Shown here piece by piece: positions 1 to 11,693 of a DNA stretch of 64,000 nt (position 1 is its first letter; every line of letters starts with the position of its first letter). Origin of the DNA: Octopus bimaculoides (lineage: Eukaryota); contig NC_068984.1 of NCBI RefSeq assembly GCF_001194135.2, positions 49,677,009 through 49,741,008 of the forward strand. Reading direction: 5' to 3'. The position numbers were made by a program, and so were the translations under genes. The notes beneath the pieces are model-generated. The model saw nothing but the letters and a program-made list of their open reading frames with translations, did no database searches and was not told where the DNA came from.

Positions 1-146
1 TATATATATATATATATATATATATATAGATAGCTAGATAGATATAGACATATATGTCTATGTATGTATATATAAGCACGCACACACATATTTGGATGGA
101 TGGAGGGATGATTGTATATGCCTGTAAGTGTGTGTGTATATATACG

Positions 147-178
<32 letters not shown>

Positions 179-937
179 CGCGCGCGCGCGCGCGTGTTTG
201 TAGGCATAAGTGTGTGCGTGCATCTGTAATTTCCCTGCTCATTGGTTAACTACAGAAGGGGTTTTGACGACTTGCATTCAGGATCGAGCTTGTTTATTTC
301 GCGCTTTACTTCACAATTTTTCTGGATTTTATCAATCACCACTTCGTCCAAATATATAAAAATAGTTGTGTCGTTGGTAGTTGTGGAAAATCTCAAATCA
401 ACTTTCCGTGTGCAGACCAGTAGTCATTGACCCTACAGCTGGGACCTTATTTTATAATAGATATATGGGAATATACTTTCCAATGAGACCCCAGCCCTTT
501 TTCCATTTTTTTTGTTTTTGTTTTTGTCACAGTTGAGTGTGATCATGTATTAGATTTTATTTCAGTTTCTAACAGTCTGAGCGAGAGTGCTAAATAATTA
601 GTAAAAATCTATGTTTACGCCATATTACATAATGGTTGACCTCAAATGCTGCTCTTAGCTAGCAATGCAGTTGCAACACGTAGTTTTAGTTAATACACTC
701 ATGCTCATAATCAAATGTTCACACACCTACACACACGGCTCACTCACTCGAAGACCATCTCTCTCTCTCTCACACACACACGTACAGATACACACATGTA
801 CACTTTTGTACATGACTGCATAAAGTTTTTCTATTAATATGATTTTAACATCTGGGCTTTTCTAGATTACAGAATTAAATATTGTGATATAACAATGATT
901 GATGTTTTTATCGCCGTCATTCTTTTTGTGTTTCATT

Positions 938-990
<53 letters not shown>

Positions 991-1071
991 ACATTCACAA
1001 GGAAGTGAAGTGCCACACAATATGGTGGCCTACTTCTATTGTGTATTTTCCTTTTCATTAAACTAGTAGAA

Positions 1072-2095
1072 GGCCTCGTGCTGGCAGAATCGTCAGCACA
1101 GTGGGAAAAGTACCTAGCGGCATTTCGTCCGTCTTTACGTTCTGAGTTCAAATTCCACCGAGGTCGACTTTGTTTTTCATCCTTTCAGGGTCGATAAATT
1201 ATGTACCAGTGAAACACGTGGGTTGATGTAATCGATTAGTCCCACCCCACAAAATTTCAGGCTTTGTACCATTAGTAGAAAAGATTATTAAACCAGCAGA
1301 ATCGTTAGAGCGTCGGACAAAGCGCCTTGCTCTATATCTCCCTTCTCATAATGTTCTGAGTTCAAATTCTGCCTGCCGCTGTCCATCTTTACCTTCCATA
1401 AAATACTGGAATCAATGTAATCGACTCCCCCTCACACATCCTCAAGTTTGTTGATCTTGTTCCAAATTGTGAAAGAATTAAGTTGGCAGAACTAGGTTAG
1501 CAGGGCGTCCCACAAAATGCCTGCGGTATCTCACATAACGTTTTGAGTTCAAATTCCTCAGGGTAAACTTTGCCTTTCATTCTGTCGAGATGATAATGAA
1601 ATACCAATCAAGTATTGGGGTCGATGTAATCGACTATCTCCACTCTCCCTAAAATTGCTGACTTTGTGCCAAAACTTGTAGCTATTATTTGCCTGATTGA
1701 CAGAAACGTTTGAGCATCGGAGAAGAAATGGTTTGGGATAGTTGTTCCGGCTCTAAGTGCTGAATTCAAATTCCACCGAAGTCAGCTTTGCTTTTCATCC
1801 TGCTGGGATTGATAAGCTCAAGAACTAAGGTCGATGGAATAGACTAACTTTCCCACCACCTCAGTTACGTAAATAAGATTGAATTTTTACGAGGTTGCGG
1901 AAGAATTAGAATGAAACAGACAATCAATATTTTAAGCATAGTGGGCGGCGTGCTGGCCGAATTGTTAGCATACAGAGTGAAATGCTTAGCCGCGCTTTAT
2001 CGACTTTGCTTTCATCCTCTCGGGGTCAGTAAATTAAGTATCACTTGAGCACTGTGGTCAATGTAATCGACCTGAAATTGCTGGACTTAATATAG
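1072..2095 (+). mobile_element. Tandem array of about 5 diverged copies of a tRNA-like SINE (family B)
   Basis: Recurring unit ggcagaatcgttagc...gagttcaaattcc...gaggtcgactttgc..ttcatcc...ggggtcgatgtaatcgac, with units starting near 1072, 1293, 1482, 1697 and 1944. Confidence 0.8.
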
Positions 2096-2254
2096 TTTTA
2101 TTGGTGCTACAGTTTGGCTTTAGTCATGATATCTACAAAAACTTTAAAAATAAAGAACATCAATTTTAAAGTTGTTGAACGCTCTCTTAAACATTCGATC
2201 AATGGGTATTTTTTCTATTCCAAAATGCATCTCACAGGCGCTCTCGGAAGCATC

Positions 2255-2600
2255 ATCAGTGATATTTCTGAGGCCTTAGGCGGATTTCAGTATTTCATCA
2301 TCAGAGCCCTTCGTCTAGTTGACCTATTTGGAGTTGATGAAGTTTCAGCTGGCATCCCTGTAGTAGCAAACCATCGGTCCTCCCTCTTTATCCAAAGCCA
2401 TCTAGCGACCTTCTCTGTAGCATCAGTGATGGAATTTATGACCCTCTTCTTTGCTACACTTGTAACTCAAAGCCCATTTAGAGCTTTGCAGAATGAGCTG
2501 CCCACAAAACCCATGGCAGCCTACTTCATTTTCCTCCTAATATGCGCGCCAGCCTTGGTTTGCACACTATTCTAGTGTGTGTTTAGTTGGTATAAATTTT
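2255..2600 (-). mobile_element. Decayed 3' end of an RLE-type non-LTR retrotransposon (HERO/R4-like)
   Basis: Minus-strand translation: E*CANQGWRAY*EENEVGCHGF, then a frameshift, then VGSSFCKALNGL*VTSVAKKRVINSITDATEKVARWLWIKREDRW. This resembles the EVGCRGF...AEKASRWLW C-terminus of restriction-like-endonuclease retroelements. ORF 2114..2575(+) is its antisense. Confidence 0.7.
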
Positions 2601-3499
2601 TTACTAGTCCTCGCTTGTATGTTCTTGATGTGCTGCGGCCTCGACCTCAATGACATAAAAATACAACCCGGTGAGCGTATCTGCTTTCGAGTAGACACCT
2701 GTAGCTCTAGTTCCTAGGTGCACCACATTATGTGTTTAGGACTTTCCAAGTACGAAAGCATTAAATTTCTTGTCAATTTTTTCAAAAGAAAATTATATAC
2801 AAAAGTAAGATAGGTATTAGAATATTACATGAAAGTGTTTGCAGATGAAAAGTCGAAAATAAAACGTTTCTGTTAGATTAATGTTCGTTTTACAATAGCT
2901 GTTCTTTTGTTCATATTTATAATTTATTAGAAAATGTACGTCATCTACCGAAGATTAACGGTACTCAACTGACTTTCTGTCCTCCATATATTTTCATTAC
3001 CAGCAATGATCTGGTCGTAAAACTGAGTCGAATCTATTGCCAGTAATGAGAAAGGACCAAAGATTCCTACGTAGTATAGCAGTTAAATCATATGGTCTCT
3101 CTCTGTGTCCCTACCCACTCTCTCTTTCTTAGTTATATTGATGTAAAAATTTGAAACTTTAATGCTGTGTCTGAACTGTTCTCGCTAGACTGTATATTGT
3201 AATAATACTTTATCCTTAAATTTGTGGTTTTATTCCATGTGAAAATTCCAAGTATAGTTTTTGTCATTATGCTGAGACACTGGGTAAAGTATATGATTTG
3301 AGCCAAAGAAGACATCTCGCAAAATTTAACACAAACATTGTTTTCGATGTCATTGTTATTGTTGTGTTGTTTGGTCCCATGTTTGAGCAGATATATGAGC
3401 AAAACCATTCCAGCTATAATCAAGCCGTCTTCTTCATTTTTTTTCTCAGGATGAGAGAGTGCGATTTGAAGGAAATTAGGCTGCTCTTTTTAGAAGCCA

Positions 3500-3800
3500 T
3501 GAGACATTATTCATTCATTTAATTCCCATTGTGCCTTGTAGCCCCAACTCTCGTTATCGGTGATGATCTTCGACATGAAGGATGGGTCATCAGCGGCACG
3601 CTGACGGAGATGTTGACAGACTTCGATGCGGTGTTTTTTTTTCTGAAACATGTTCAATGTCTCTGTAACAGACTTCCCAAGTTTAACGCAAAATTTCACG
3701 TTGGCTCTTTGTTCCAACTTCCTGTCCATGACAAAATCGTAGACCACAGCATATACGTGTTCACAAAAACACAAATTTCACAATTTGGGAAGTAAACATG
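3500..3800 (-). mobile_element. Internally deleted mariner transposase fragment
   Basis: ORF 3511..3774: EQRANVKFCVKLGKSVTET (N-terminal HTH) joined to RIEVCQHL...DPSFMSKIITDNESW (degenerate first catalytic D motif, canonical TGDEW/TGDESW). Confidence 0.8.
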
Positions 3801-4042
3801 AAAATCACTGCTAGCTCTCACTGCGCACACAACTGTGTGCTGCCCTTTGGATGGTCGTATCTTTGCGAATTAGGTATCTCTGCGCTTATAGAAATGAAGT
3901 AAAAATAAAAACAACAGGAATAATTGCAGATGGTAGATGAAGAGTAACGTATCTGTTTATCTAATTTCGAACCACGTTTTGATAAAATTCTTTCTTAAAA
4001 TTAATAGCATCCTTCTCGCTAAAAAAAATGATTATTGTATTA

Positions 4043-4088
<46 letters not shown>

Positions 4089-4724
4089 ATATATATATAT
4101 ATATATATANNNNNNNNNNNNNNNNNNNNNNNNNNNNNNNNNNNNNNNNNNNNNNNNNNNNNNNNNNNNNNNNNNNNNNNNNNNNNNNNNNNNNNNNNNN
4201 NNNNNNNNNNNNNNNNNNNNNNNNNNNNNNNNNNNNNNNNNNNNNNNNNNNNNNNNNNNNNNNNNNNNNNNNNNNNNNNNNNNNNNNNNNNNNNNNNNNN
4301 NNNNNNNNNNNNNNNNNNNNNNNNNNNNNNNNNNNNNNNNNNNNNNNNNNNNNNNNNNNNNNNNNNNNNNNNNNNNNNNNNNNNNNNNNNNNNNNNNNNN
4401 NNNNNNNNNNNNNNNNNNNNNNNNNNNNNNNNNNNNNNNNNNNNNNNNNNNNNNNNNNNNNNNNNNNNNNNNNNNNNNNNNNNNNNNNNNNNNNNNNNNN
4501 NNNNNNNNNNNNNNNNNNNNNNNNNNNNNNNNNNNNNNNNNNNNNNNNNNNNNNNNNNNNNNNNNNNNNNNNNNNNNNNNNNNNNNNNNNNNNNNNNNNN
4601 NNNNNNNNNNNNNNNNNNNNNNNNNNNNNNNNNNNNNNNNNNNNNNNNNNNNNNNNNNNNNNNNNNNNNNNNNNNNNNNNNNNNNNNNNNNNNNNNNNNN
4701 NNNNNNNNNNNNNNNNNNNNNNNN

Positions 4725-5160
4725 CACTTAATAAATTATTCTGTTGGCCTTGTTTACTTTTTTGCTTAGAAAAGAATGTTTAGAATGATAAAGGCTATGA
4801 TGATTTAAATAATTTACATATGGCTATGCTAAAGCACGAGCGTTCGCAAAGGCATATAATATCTTTAATAGATCTTAAAATATTCGTGATCTTGTTGAAG
4901 CTATGCCATAACTCTTCAATCTGTGCAAGTTGATTTTGACAATTCAGTTTACCACTGCTTCTGTAGAGCGATCCTTTTCTGCATTAAGTAGAATCAAAAC
5001 ATACCAAAGAAATGCGACAAGAGAAAGAAGACTGTCTGGGTTAGCACTAATGTCAATTGAAAAAGATTTATTACAACAATTGATGAAAAGAGATTTCTAT
5101 GAAAATATGATAGATATATTTGCTCAGAAAGATCGAAGAATTGAATTAATTTATAAATGA
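4725..5160 (+). mobile_element. Internally deleted hAT transposase (TTF-type zinc finger fused to hATC dimerisation domain)
   Basis: LFCWPCLLFCLEKNV*NDKGYDDLNNLHMAMLKHERSQRHI (zinc-finger-like), then in another frame from about 4885 RDLVEAMP*LFNLCKLILTIQFTTASVERSFSALSRIKTYQRN...RLSGLALMSIE (hATC). Confidence 0.8.
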
Positions 5161-5843
5161 GGTAAATAACATTTTAGAACATTAAAAAAAACTTAATTTA
5201 TTAAAGGGCATATATTGCAGGTTTTGGTTAGTGTTTGCTATAACGTAAGGTTCGACCTTCTTACATCAGTATTGTTTCGCAGGAGAAATGGTTCAACTTC
5301 TTCGTCACACCTAACCTGCATAGGTTTTCCTTTCTGTGCTGCTGGGTGTAGTCTATTTACGGCCGTAAATGTCTTGCTTCAATCTCAGAGATGTTGACTT
5401 CTGCCACAACAGTTTTTTTTTTGGGGGGGGGGCTTTTTACAATGTTGAATTATGGCTGTCTTTCATTGTGTGTGTATTCATGTATATGCGTGTATTTTGA
5501 ATGTGTGTGCGTGAGACGTAGTCTTTTAATATATGGAGTTCAGTAAGTCTCAGAACAGTCTGCTTGAGTATCAATATTTTTCCCGGAATTGACAAGTAGC
5601 ANNNNNNNNNNAGTCTCAGAACAGTCTGCTTGAGTATCAATATTTTTCCCGGAATTGACAAGTAGCATGATAAAGCACCTGACTTGTCTTCGAGAGCGTA
5701 ACTATCTAAAACTATAGCCATATAATGTAACTAAATGTGTTCTCTTTATAAAATCATTTCAAATTCATTCAGCTGAACCAATAGGCATAGGGACTAATGC
5801 AAAATCGCACGCCTTTGAAAAACGAAATTTTTTGAATAATTTT

Positions 5844-6121
5844 TTTTCGTATTCCTACCTTTATCAGAGATTCCGAATATGCAAAAATATTAACAGAATC
5901 CAATTTCAGCTTTATTCCATTTCACTTATGATTTTCAGACATTTTAAAGGGAGAGTGAGGATGGGAAAGTACTGACGTTTCGAAGAGAGAGAGATACAAA
6001 CAATACACTTATTTCAGGCTCATCTCTACAGAGCCATTTTTTATTCCCTGCTTATTCTAGATCATACGGGGGTGATTGCATTTTCAGAATCTCCCATATG
6101 TAAATCGTAGGAATACGAAAA
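5844..6121. repeat. Decayed inverted-repeat element (possible MITE)
   Basis: ttttcgtattcctac...gagattccgaatatgcaa (5844-5884) is the reverse complement of ttgcattttcagaatctc...gtaggaatacgaaaa (6076-6121), with a 15-bp perfect core. Confidence 0.5.
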
Positions 6122-7479
6122 TTCTTTTACTGAAAAATTGCCAGTGGGGGGAGGGAGAGAAATTCATTGCATGCCCAGCCCCGGAAGTCACCGCACACCA
6201 CATATATATATATACGTACATATATATTTATAAAACAATGTTATTTTATTGTTGCTATAAAAAGAACTCGATGGAGTCGGATAACCCTTCTCCCTCAGAA
6301 CTGATGGCTTCGTACCTTTAAATTTTCTATCACTTGAGATTTCTTCCTTAGGTAGCAGGACAGAAATGTATTAGAAGGAGCAATTAAGGGAAAATGTTTG
6401 CACTTAATCAACCATAAGGTAAAATATATATGATTAACTTTATTCATCTGAAAAATTTTTAAATATTCTTTTAAAGAATTATTAATTTTCCAAACTCTAT
6501 ACCACTACGTAGATGTCAGGCAATTATTCCTGGACAAATAGGCTGTCCAATAGTGCGTAATGGTATCGGTTTGAGGTTCTGCTGCATAGTCATCACAGCT
6601 GCAGTGAAATGGAATTTGATTGATTAATATAGTGTGATTAGGGTCTCAACACAGTGAGTGCTGTGGATTTTAAGTCATTATCAAATGGTAACAAAAATTT
6701 AAAAAAAAAGAACTTCATGAGAGATAAAACAGTATTTGTATATGTTTATAAATGTTTTAAATTGATTAAACCTTAAAAATACCCAATTAAACATGGGAAT
6801 TAAACGGCAAAATCGCCAGTGTGCAAAAATACCGTAAAGCGGAAAGCACCCTCCGCCACCAAAGAAAAGCAGTATGCATTCTCTCCTGATGATTCCATAG
6901 GCCTGCTAGTGTCCACTACGCAGAGCTTTCAACCGATGACACTTGCATCTGCAGGTTTGTGAATAATTATTCATGATTACCTCCCTTGCAACATGTTTAT
7001 CTATCTATCTATCTATCTATCTNNNNNNNNNNATCTATCTATCTATCTATCTATCTACATGCATGTGTATGTGTGTATATACATGCACACACGCGTATGA
7101 AGTGGAAAATCAGAAGTCAGAAACAATTACAGGAGGCGAGGAGGAGATATAAAGAAGCTACTTGGAAAACCAGTATTAGCAAAACAAGGGTCCTGTTTCA
7201 GCAAAAACAGTCACTCTGATTCATATTATTTCAAATTCACTTAAATTTCGACATTTATTTCAAACAACCGAGATTTTTAAAAATTACTTTTTTAGTTTTG
7301 TTGGCCTTCTTCCATCTTTATCTTATTACCTGTCAATAAAGTAGTTTCCTCCTTTCCTATGCTTTTACTACCCCTCCTTTTTTGTAACCCACAAAATTTT
7401 GCCTTGACTTCTATTTCATGTACTCTTCCAACAAACCACCTACAACTGAAATAGGTGGCTGGAATTTCTTTCCCACCCT

Positions 7480-7532
7480 TCTTCTTCTTCTTCTTCTTCT
7501 TCTTCTTCTTCTTCTTCTTCTTCTTCTTCTTC
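7480..7532. repeat. (TTC)n microsatellite
   Basis: Seen directly; source of the poly-K and poly-F ORFs. Confidence 0.95.
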
Positions 7533-8551
7533 TCAGTGTCTTCCCCCTCCCCTCCGCCTCTCTTTGAATTCGTACTTTCTGGCAGCCTCCCCATCCAACC
7601 GCTAGACAACCACATTCAGAGAGACATAGGTTTTACAGTGAGAGCAGCGCTTAACTTGGAGCGACATTGCTTCTAAGTTGTTAGTGATTATCACAATTCA
7701 ATATAATAAATAGTTTCACTTTTGTTAATGCCTTCAGAACGGCTTTAGATGGATTCAAAGCGTTACACTTCTCTCCAGCAAAATTCTCTCATCCTGCTAA
7801 ATACTATATGCTTTTGCGCGATCTTATTTATTATATCTAGTTCAAAAGTTGTTCGAATTGATATATTTTTTTAACCACAACAGATTAGCCTTGCACTAGT
7901 TTCATACAACTTTAAAGATTTTTCTGATAACTCGTAACCGAGTAAAAATGGTTATAAACCTGTTCAAACCCCGCGAGTCAGAGTGACTGTTCTAGCGCAT
8001 CTCCCTTGCATCCTCCGGAGCAATGCCTTTTCCATTTTGTCTGCTGGGACCAAGAGGCGGTCTGAATTACAGGAAATTGAGGGAATGTAAGAATTTCGTA
8101 GCTTACTAAACGAACAATAAACTTATACACCTCCATCACTGCTGAAATATTATAGGTGTGTGTTTATAAGTATTTGTGTTTACTTTGGTTGTAACATCTA
8201 GCTATCACAGGATTCAATCAAGAATATTTTCAGCCCAATAGGAAAAATAGAAGTTTTATTAAGGGAGGTAACTTACTTTCAAGGGAAATAATTGTAATAT
8301 CACTATGTATATTGTCTGTTATCTCCCTTGTTCAATTTGAAACAATTTTGCTCTCTCTCTCTCTCTCTTGCTCTTCCTTCCTTCCTTTCTTCCTTTCTTT
8401 CTTTCTCTCTTTCGTATTTTCTTTCTTTCGTGTTCTCTTTCTTTCTTTCTCTCTTTCTTTCCTCACATGATGAGAAAGAACGATCTAGTGTTCCCACAGG
8501 AGAGTTCAAACTAAATAAACTCTCTTATTGCTTTAATTCATATAAACGTAC

Positions 8552-8600
<49 letters not shown>

Positions 8601-10068
8601 ATGTATGAGAGATGGATATGTAGGTGAACATATATTGAAGTAATATTTATTTCCCAGTGAAAGTGGATCTTGTGTTAAAATACAAAATATTACATTATTT
8701 ACCATCAGAGGATCTCTCATGTGGACCTGGGGGAAATCATGTGATCTGGGTGTTCCGGTGGCCGCAGCCGACCGTTATCGCCCTTCGGTGATATAGACAT
8801 GAGTGCTTATATGCACCGTAAGTACATATGAGAGGGCCCTCTCATGCTAAATAACGCAGTATTCTGTGTTCTAGCACAATTTCTACTTCTGGTGGGAAAT
8901 AAATATTGCTTTTTGATTTTGATACTGTTTCTGTCGTTATTAATGATTTTTAATATACTTATATGTACTCATGAGTGGCCGAGTGGTAAAACTTCGCGGC
9001 CATGAAGTCCCATGTTCAACCAAACCGTGAGAGAACTTCGGGTTGTGCCTTTTGCAAAGTTTTGGATGAACCAAACTTTGGGACGAAATGTGCCTACTAG
9101 TCTAAAGCCAGTCTTACCGCACACTCTATCACGCTGATAGTAAGAGTATTCGTGTTTGTGAAATATTCCCAATTATCAACTAATTGATCGTCCGATTCGT
9201 CAAACAGCAGCTATTCTGGACGCCGAAACCGACGATGGAACCATTAACTATGCATGCATGAAAATGTATGTATGTATGTATGCATCACTTTTTTAAAAAA
9301 CTGTAAACTAAATATTTACTATCGAAAACTATCACGGGTTTCCTGATTTACTGTTCTCTATGAACTACGCAAAAAATCAAAAACAAAAAAAAAACAGAGC
9401 TAAATGGTAAAGAAGTTTGCTTCGTATTTATGACGCCCCAAGTTCGAACTGCTTGCCCAGCATTTTCAACAATTGTCGTTTACCATTGCGCTTACATTGT
9501 GTTGAGTCAAACCAAACATTGTGATGAAAACTGTCGTATGGAGAGTACCTGCAATTCAAAAGTAAAGTCTTCTCACACAGTGTATCATGATGATTCTATC
9601 CAAGGATTACATTAACGGTGTGTGTGCCTGTGAAATGCTCGGCCATTTTTACGCTGATTCAGCGAGTAGGTAATTCAGTTGATCGAACAATTGAATCTTC
9701 CTCGTTGAAACCGACGGAGATCCATAATTTGTACCCTGCAAAGAAACAACCTAGCAAATATACATTTCCATATAACACTTGGAATCTGTAGTTTGCAATA
9801 GTTTCCCCCATCCGCACACACATTTAAAATGCTCTGGTGTGACGAGTATTTGACATTCTGTTCTTTATTTCATGTATACAATCAATTAAATGGTTCATTT
9901 AATTAAGAAAGAATAATCTGTTTCACTATATTACATTCTTCCAAGTGGATTACTTGAAACACTTTGTGGGATCTCACAAGATACGAGCTTCATTTTAGAA
10001 ACTCTCAGATATTTTTTAGGAGAGGCATTTATAACCGTCCTAGATTATTGTACTTTTAGTATATCATT

Positions 10069-10462
10069 GTTGTTGTTGGCACTCCGTCGCTTACGACGTC
10101 GAGGGTTCCAGTTGATCCGATCAATGGATCGTGAAATTAACAGCCTGCTCGTGAAATTAACGTGCAAGTGGTTGAGCACTCCACAGATACGTGTACCCTT
10201 AACGTAGTTCTCGGGGATATTCAGCGGGACACAGTGTGACAAGACTGATCCTTTGAATTACAGGCACAACAGAAACAGGAAGTAAGAGAAAGTTGTGGTG
10301 AAAGAGTACAGCTGGGTTCGCCACCCCCACCCCTGCCGGAGCCTCGTGGAGCTTTAGGTGCTTTCGCTCAATAAACACTCACAACGCCCAGTCTGGGAAT
10401 CGAAACCGCGATTCTATGACCGCGACTCCGCTGCCCTAACCACTGGGCCATTGCGCCTCCAC
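10069..10462 (-). mobile_element. Full-length tRNA-headed SINE with (CAA)n tail and 11-bp TSD
   Basis: Minus-strand head gtggaggcgcaatggcccagtggttagggcagcgg...ggtttcgattccc has A-box and B-box-like motifs. Direct repeat AGTATATCATT at 10058-10068 and 10463-10473. A close copy lies at 55114-55480. Confidence 0.85.
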
Positions 10463-10859
10463 AGTATATCATTTCATTACTATCCATCTAAAAAGCTGAT
10501 CTGCCAACTTTATTATTCCATACTGAAGGAGATGGCTGTAACAGTACTCTGAACACACCCTCACAAATTTGCAGACTGCAGTCAAGAATCGCTATGAAAT
10601 ATTCCAGACTGCTTATAGATTAATTTGTATGAGCCGACCATCTATTTTTTGTTGGCACAAAATGTTCAATGACGATGGAGTGGATTAGAAATGTGTGTGG
10701 GGGGNNNNNNNNNNNNNNNNNNNNNNNNNNNNNNNNNNNNNNNNNNNNNNNNNNNNNNNNNNNNNNNNNNNNNNNNNNNNNNNNNNNNNNNNNNNNNNNN
10801 NNNNNNNNNNNNNNNNNNNNNNNNNNNNNNNNNNNGTGAGTCAAAATATTACAGTTTGT

Positions 10860-11693
10860 GAAAATCCGCAATTTTCTGGATGAATACTGTCATGTGCTTA
10901 TAAAGACAATAAACATATAATTCCGGAGTTGGTATGGCAACTGTACGCAGAATTATTTATGAAGATCTGAACAAGTGCTAAGTTTGTTCCCAGGGTGTTC
11001 AGTGACGAAAAGAAGAAAAGACTCGTTGAAGAATATATGGAAATGGTTGAGGTTGAGCGCATTATCTTCAAACTATGAGTGCTTGAGTCTCTTATGACCT
11101 GTAACGATAGCTGGATCTACTGCTGTGATCCAGAGACCAAGAGATGGATTGCCCATTTGAAGTACATTGGTTCCCAACAGACCCAAGAAGGCCAGGCAAA
11201 GCAAGTCCACCGGGAAGTTCATGATGAGCTCCATTTTCAGCAGCAAGGGAATCATCTACAGACGGTCAACAAAGAGTACTTTGTAAAGTCTTTGAGGGAA
11301 TTCAGAAAAAGTTTTCGTTGCAAAAGGCCAGGACTCTTCCAGTCCTACACCAGGACTATTCCTCAGTACACAATTCCATCCCCGTAACCAACTACTTGAT
11401 AGAAAAAGAAATCAAAACTATCCCTCGCCTTCCCTACTGTCCCAACCTTGCTCCTTGCGATATTTGCTGAAGGAGAAGTTCGCGGGCATTCGTTTTGAAT
11501 ACACTAAGAAGATGAAAAGTCCAGGATACGTTAAATTTGAAGGACTTCCATGGTGTTTTCACGAAATTCCTTGAGCGCTACACATGTGCATTGAAATTCG
11601 ATGATCCTGCTTTGAAGGAAGTTAGTTTTGTATTCTTTCAAATTAATAAATGTCACTCCTGAAATGTCTCAAAACTTCTGGAGTGCACCTTGT
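10860..11693 (+). mobile_element. Decayed mariner transposase with a possible right TIR
   Basis: Fragments KFVPRVFSDEKK, LMTCNDSWIYCCDPETKR, QTVNKEYF, LHQDYSSVH and PRLPYCPNLAPCDI are degenerate forms of WVPH/TGDESW/HDNA/YSPDLAPCD. The end acttctggagtgcaccttgTA is mariner-TIR-like. Confidence 0.85.

Noticed and set aside
240-600. Complex sequence that could be a promoter or 5' exon of a neighbouring gene
   Set aside because: No splice sites or ORF with support; it cannot be judged without transcript data.
3937-4783. Long ORFs crossing N gaps (also 22713-23391, 25743-26153, 46927-47564, 48780-49706, 54382-54789)
   Set aside because: Artefacts of translating N runs and flanking microsatellites.
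10380-10462. tRNA genes at SINE heads
   Set aside because: A/B-box-like motifs continue directly into SINE bodies in several copies; these are tRNA-derived heads, and I could not fold a complete cloverleaf.
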